Below, in pieces: positions 37,809-38,255 of a stretch of 38,255 nt of DNA. Within the stretch, counting starts at the first letter, position 1. The number at the start of each line of letters is the position of its first letter. Source of the stretch: Chthonomonadaceae bacterium (lineage in GTDB: Bacteria > Armatimonadota > Chthonomonadetes > Chthonomonadales > Chthonomonadaceae); contig DASRGZ010000152.1 in the NCBI GenBank assembly GCA_035650735.1, forward strand, positions 1-38,255, read 5' to 3'. The notes beneath the pieces are model-generated. The model was not told where the DNA came from, ran no database searches, and was given only the letters and a program-made list of their open reading frames with translations. Made by a program: the position numbers and the translations under genes.

Positions 37809-38138
37809 ATGCGCCTCCTACTCGCAGGGCTTTTTGTATGGATATGCATGGCGCTTCTCGCCACATTCCTATTAACCCAAGTTGCTACCTAGGAACACGT
37901 TTGAGAGAGAATCGCTCTGGAAACCGGCTTTTGCATCACCGTTTGCCTTCTCGAAGAGGCAAGGTAGCAACTTGAGTTATTAGGAATTATTCCCGAGGGC
38001 TTTCCGCCCATTCTCGTCGGATTGGGACTGGGAGTGGTACTCCTTCTGCTGTGCCATATTGCGCTGGTTCTCTTAAATCATCCTGGGGCGCACCCTTTGG
38101 AATTTGGTAGACACGGTAGTGTACACTTCTTTCTGTAG
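37809..38138 (+). pseudogene. Small two-TM protein (73 aa when restored) interrupted by MITE copy 2
   Basis: Removing the MITE and one TATTA gives MRLLLAGLFVWICMALLATFLLGIIPEGFPPILVGLGLGVVLLLLCHIALVLLNHPGAHPLEFGRHGSVHFFL*. Confidence 0.6.
37875..37977 (-). mobile_element. 103-bp MITE, copy 2
   Basis: Exact reverse complement of 21818-21920; flanking direct repeat TATTA. Confidence 0.9.
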
Positions 38139-38221
38139 AATTGGTCTGGCCTGCTGAGCGGGTAAGCGGCAGGTCATGGGGTATCCTTTCGGTTGCCAAG
38201 ACCAGAAAAGGAGCCAATCCC

Positions 38222-38255
38222 ATGACCGACCAACTTGATTCTACTCTACCCGAAA
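38222..38255 (+). CDS. Start of an unidentified gene cut by the window edge
   Basis: AAGGAG followed by ATG ACC GAC CAA..., open to the end. Confidence 0.4.
   Translation, partial: MTDQLDSTLPE

Noticed and set aside
21818..37977. Composite transposon bounded by the two MITEs
   Set aside because: Each copy has its own different target duplication, and the enclosed genes are housekeeping.
37987..38223. 78-aa minus-strand ORF
   Set aside because: No recognisable motif; overlaps the better-supported plus-strand interrupted membrane gene.

Overview
High-GC bacterial chromosomal window of mostly metabolic and signalling genes. The gene content resembles Armatimonadota, but that is inference only. 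It encodes a frameshifted membrane-anchored SARP/BTAD regulator with a beta-propeller, a polysaccharide deacetylase, two tandem S41 (CtpA) proteases (one lacking its catalytic dyad), a di-haem cytochrome, an aldo-keto reductase, a BNR protein, a GH38 mannosidase, an orphan E2, two GGDEF/HD-GYP hybrids, an HPS-like enzyme, a mannose-1-P guanylyltransferase/PMM fusion, aconitase, an RNHCP protein, a phosphodiesterase and a YjhG/YagF dehydratase. The strongest hidden signal is a three-gene + strand cluster (15790-17701): a Cys/His/Met-rich exported protein, a DUF2231-cytochrome c fusion, and a DUF1360 membrane protein. In the DUF1360 gene an in-frame TGA sits at the first Cys of the CxxC motif and is followed directly by a SECIS-like hairpin, so it is a candidate selenoprotein. 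Other non-annotated structure: an orphan two-repeat CRISPR-like unit inside an operon, two identical inverted 103-bp MITEs with target duplications (one disrupting a small membrane gene), a 328-bp nested foldback, a REP-like family, and a leader-peptide/attenuator-like region before the RNHCP gene.
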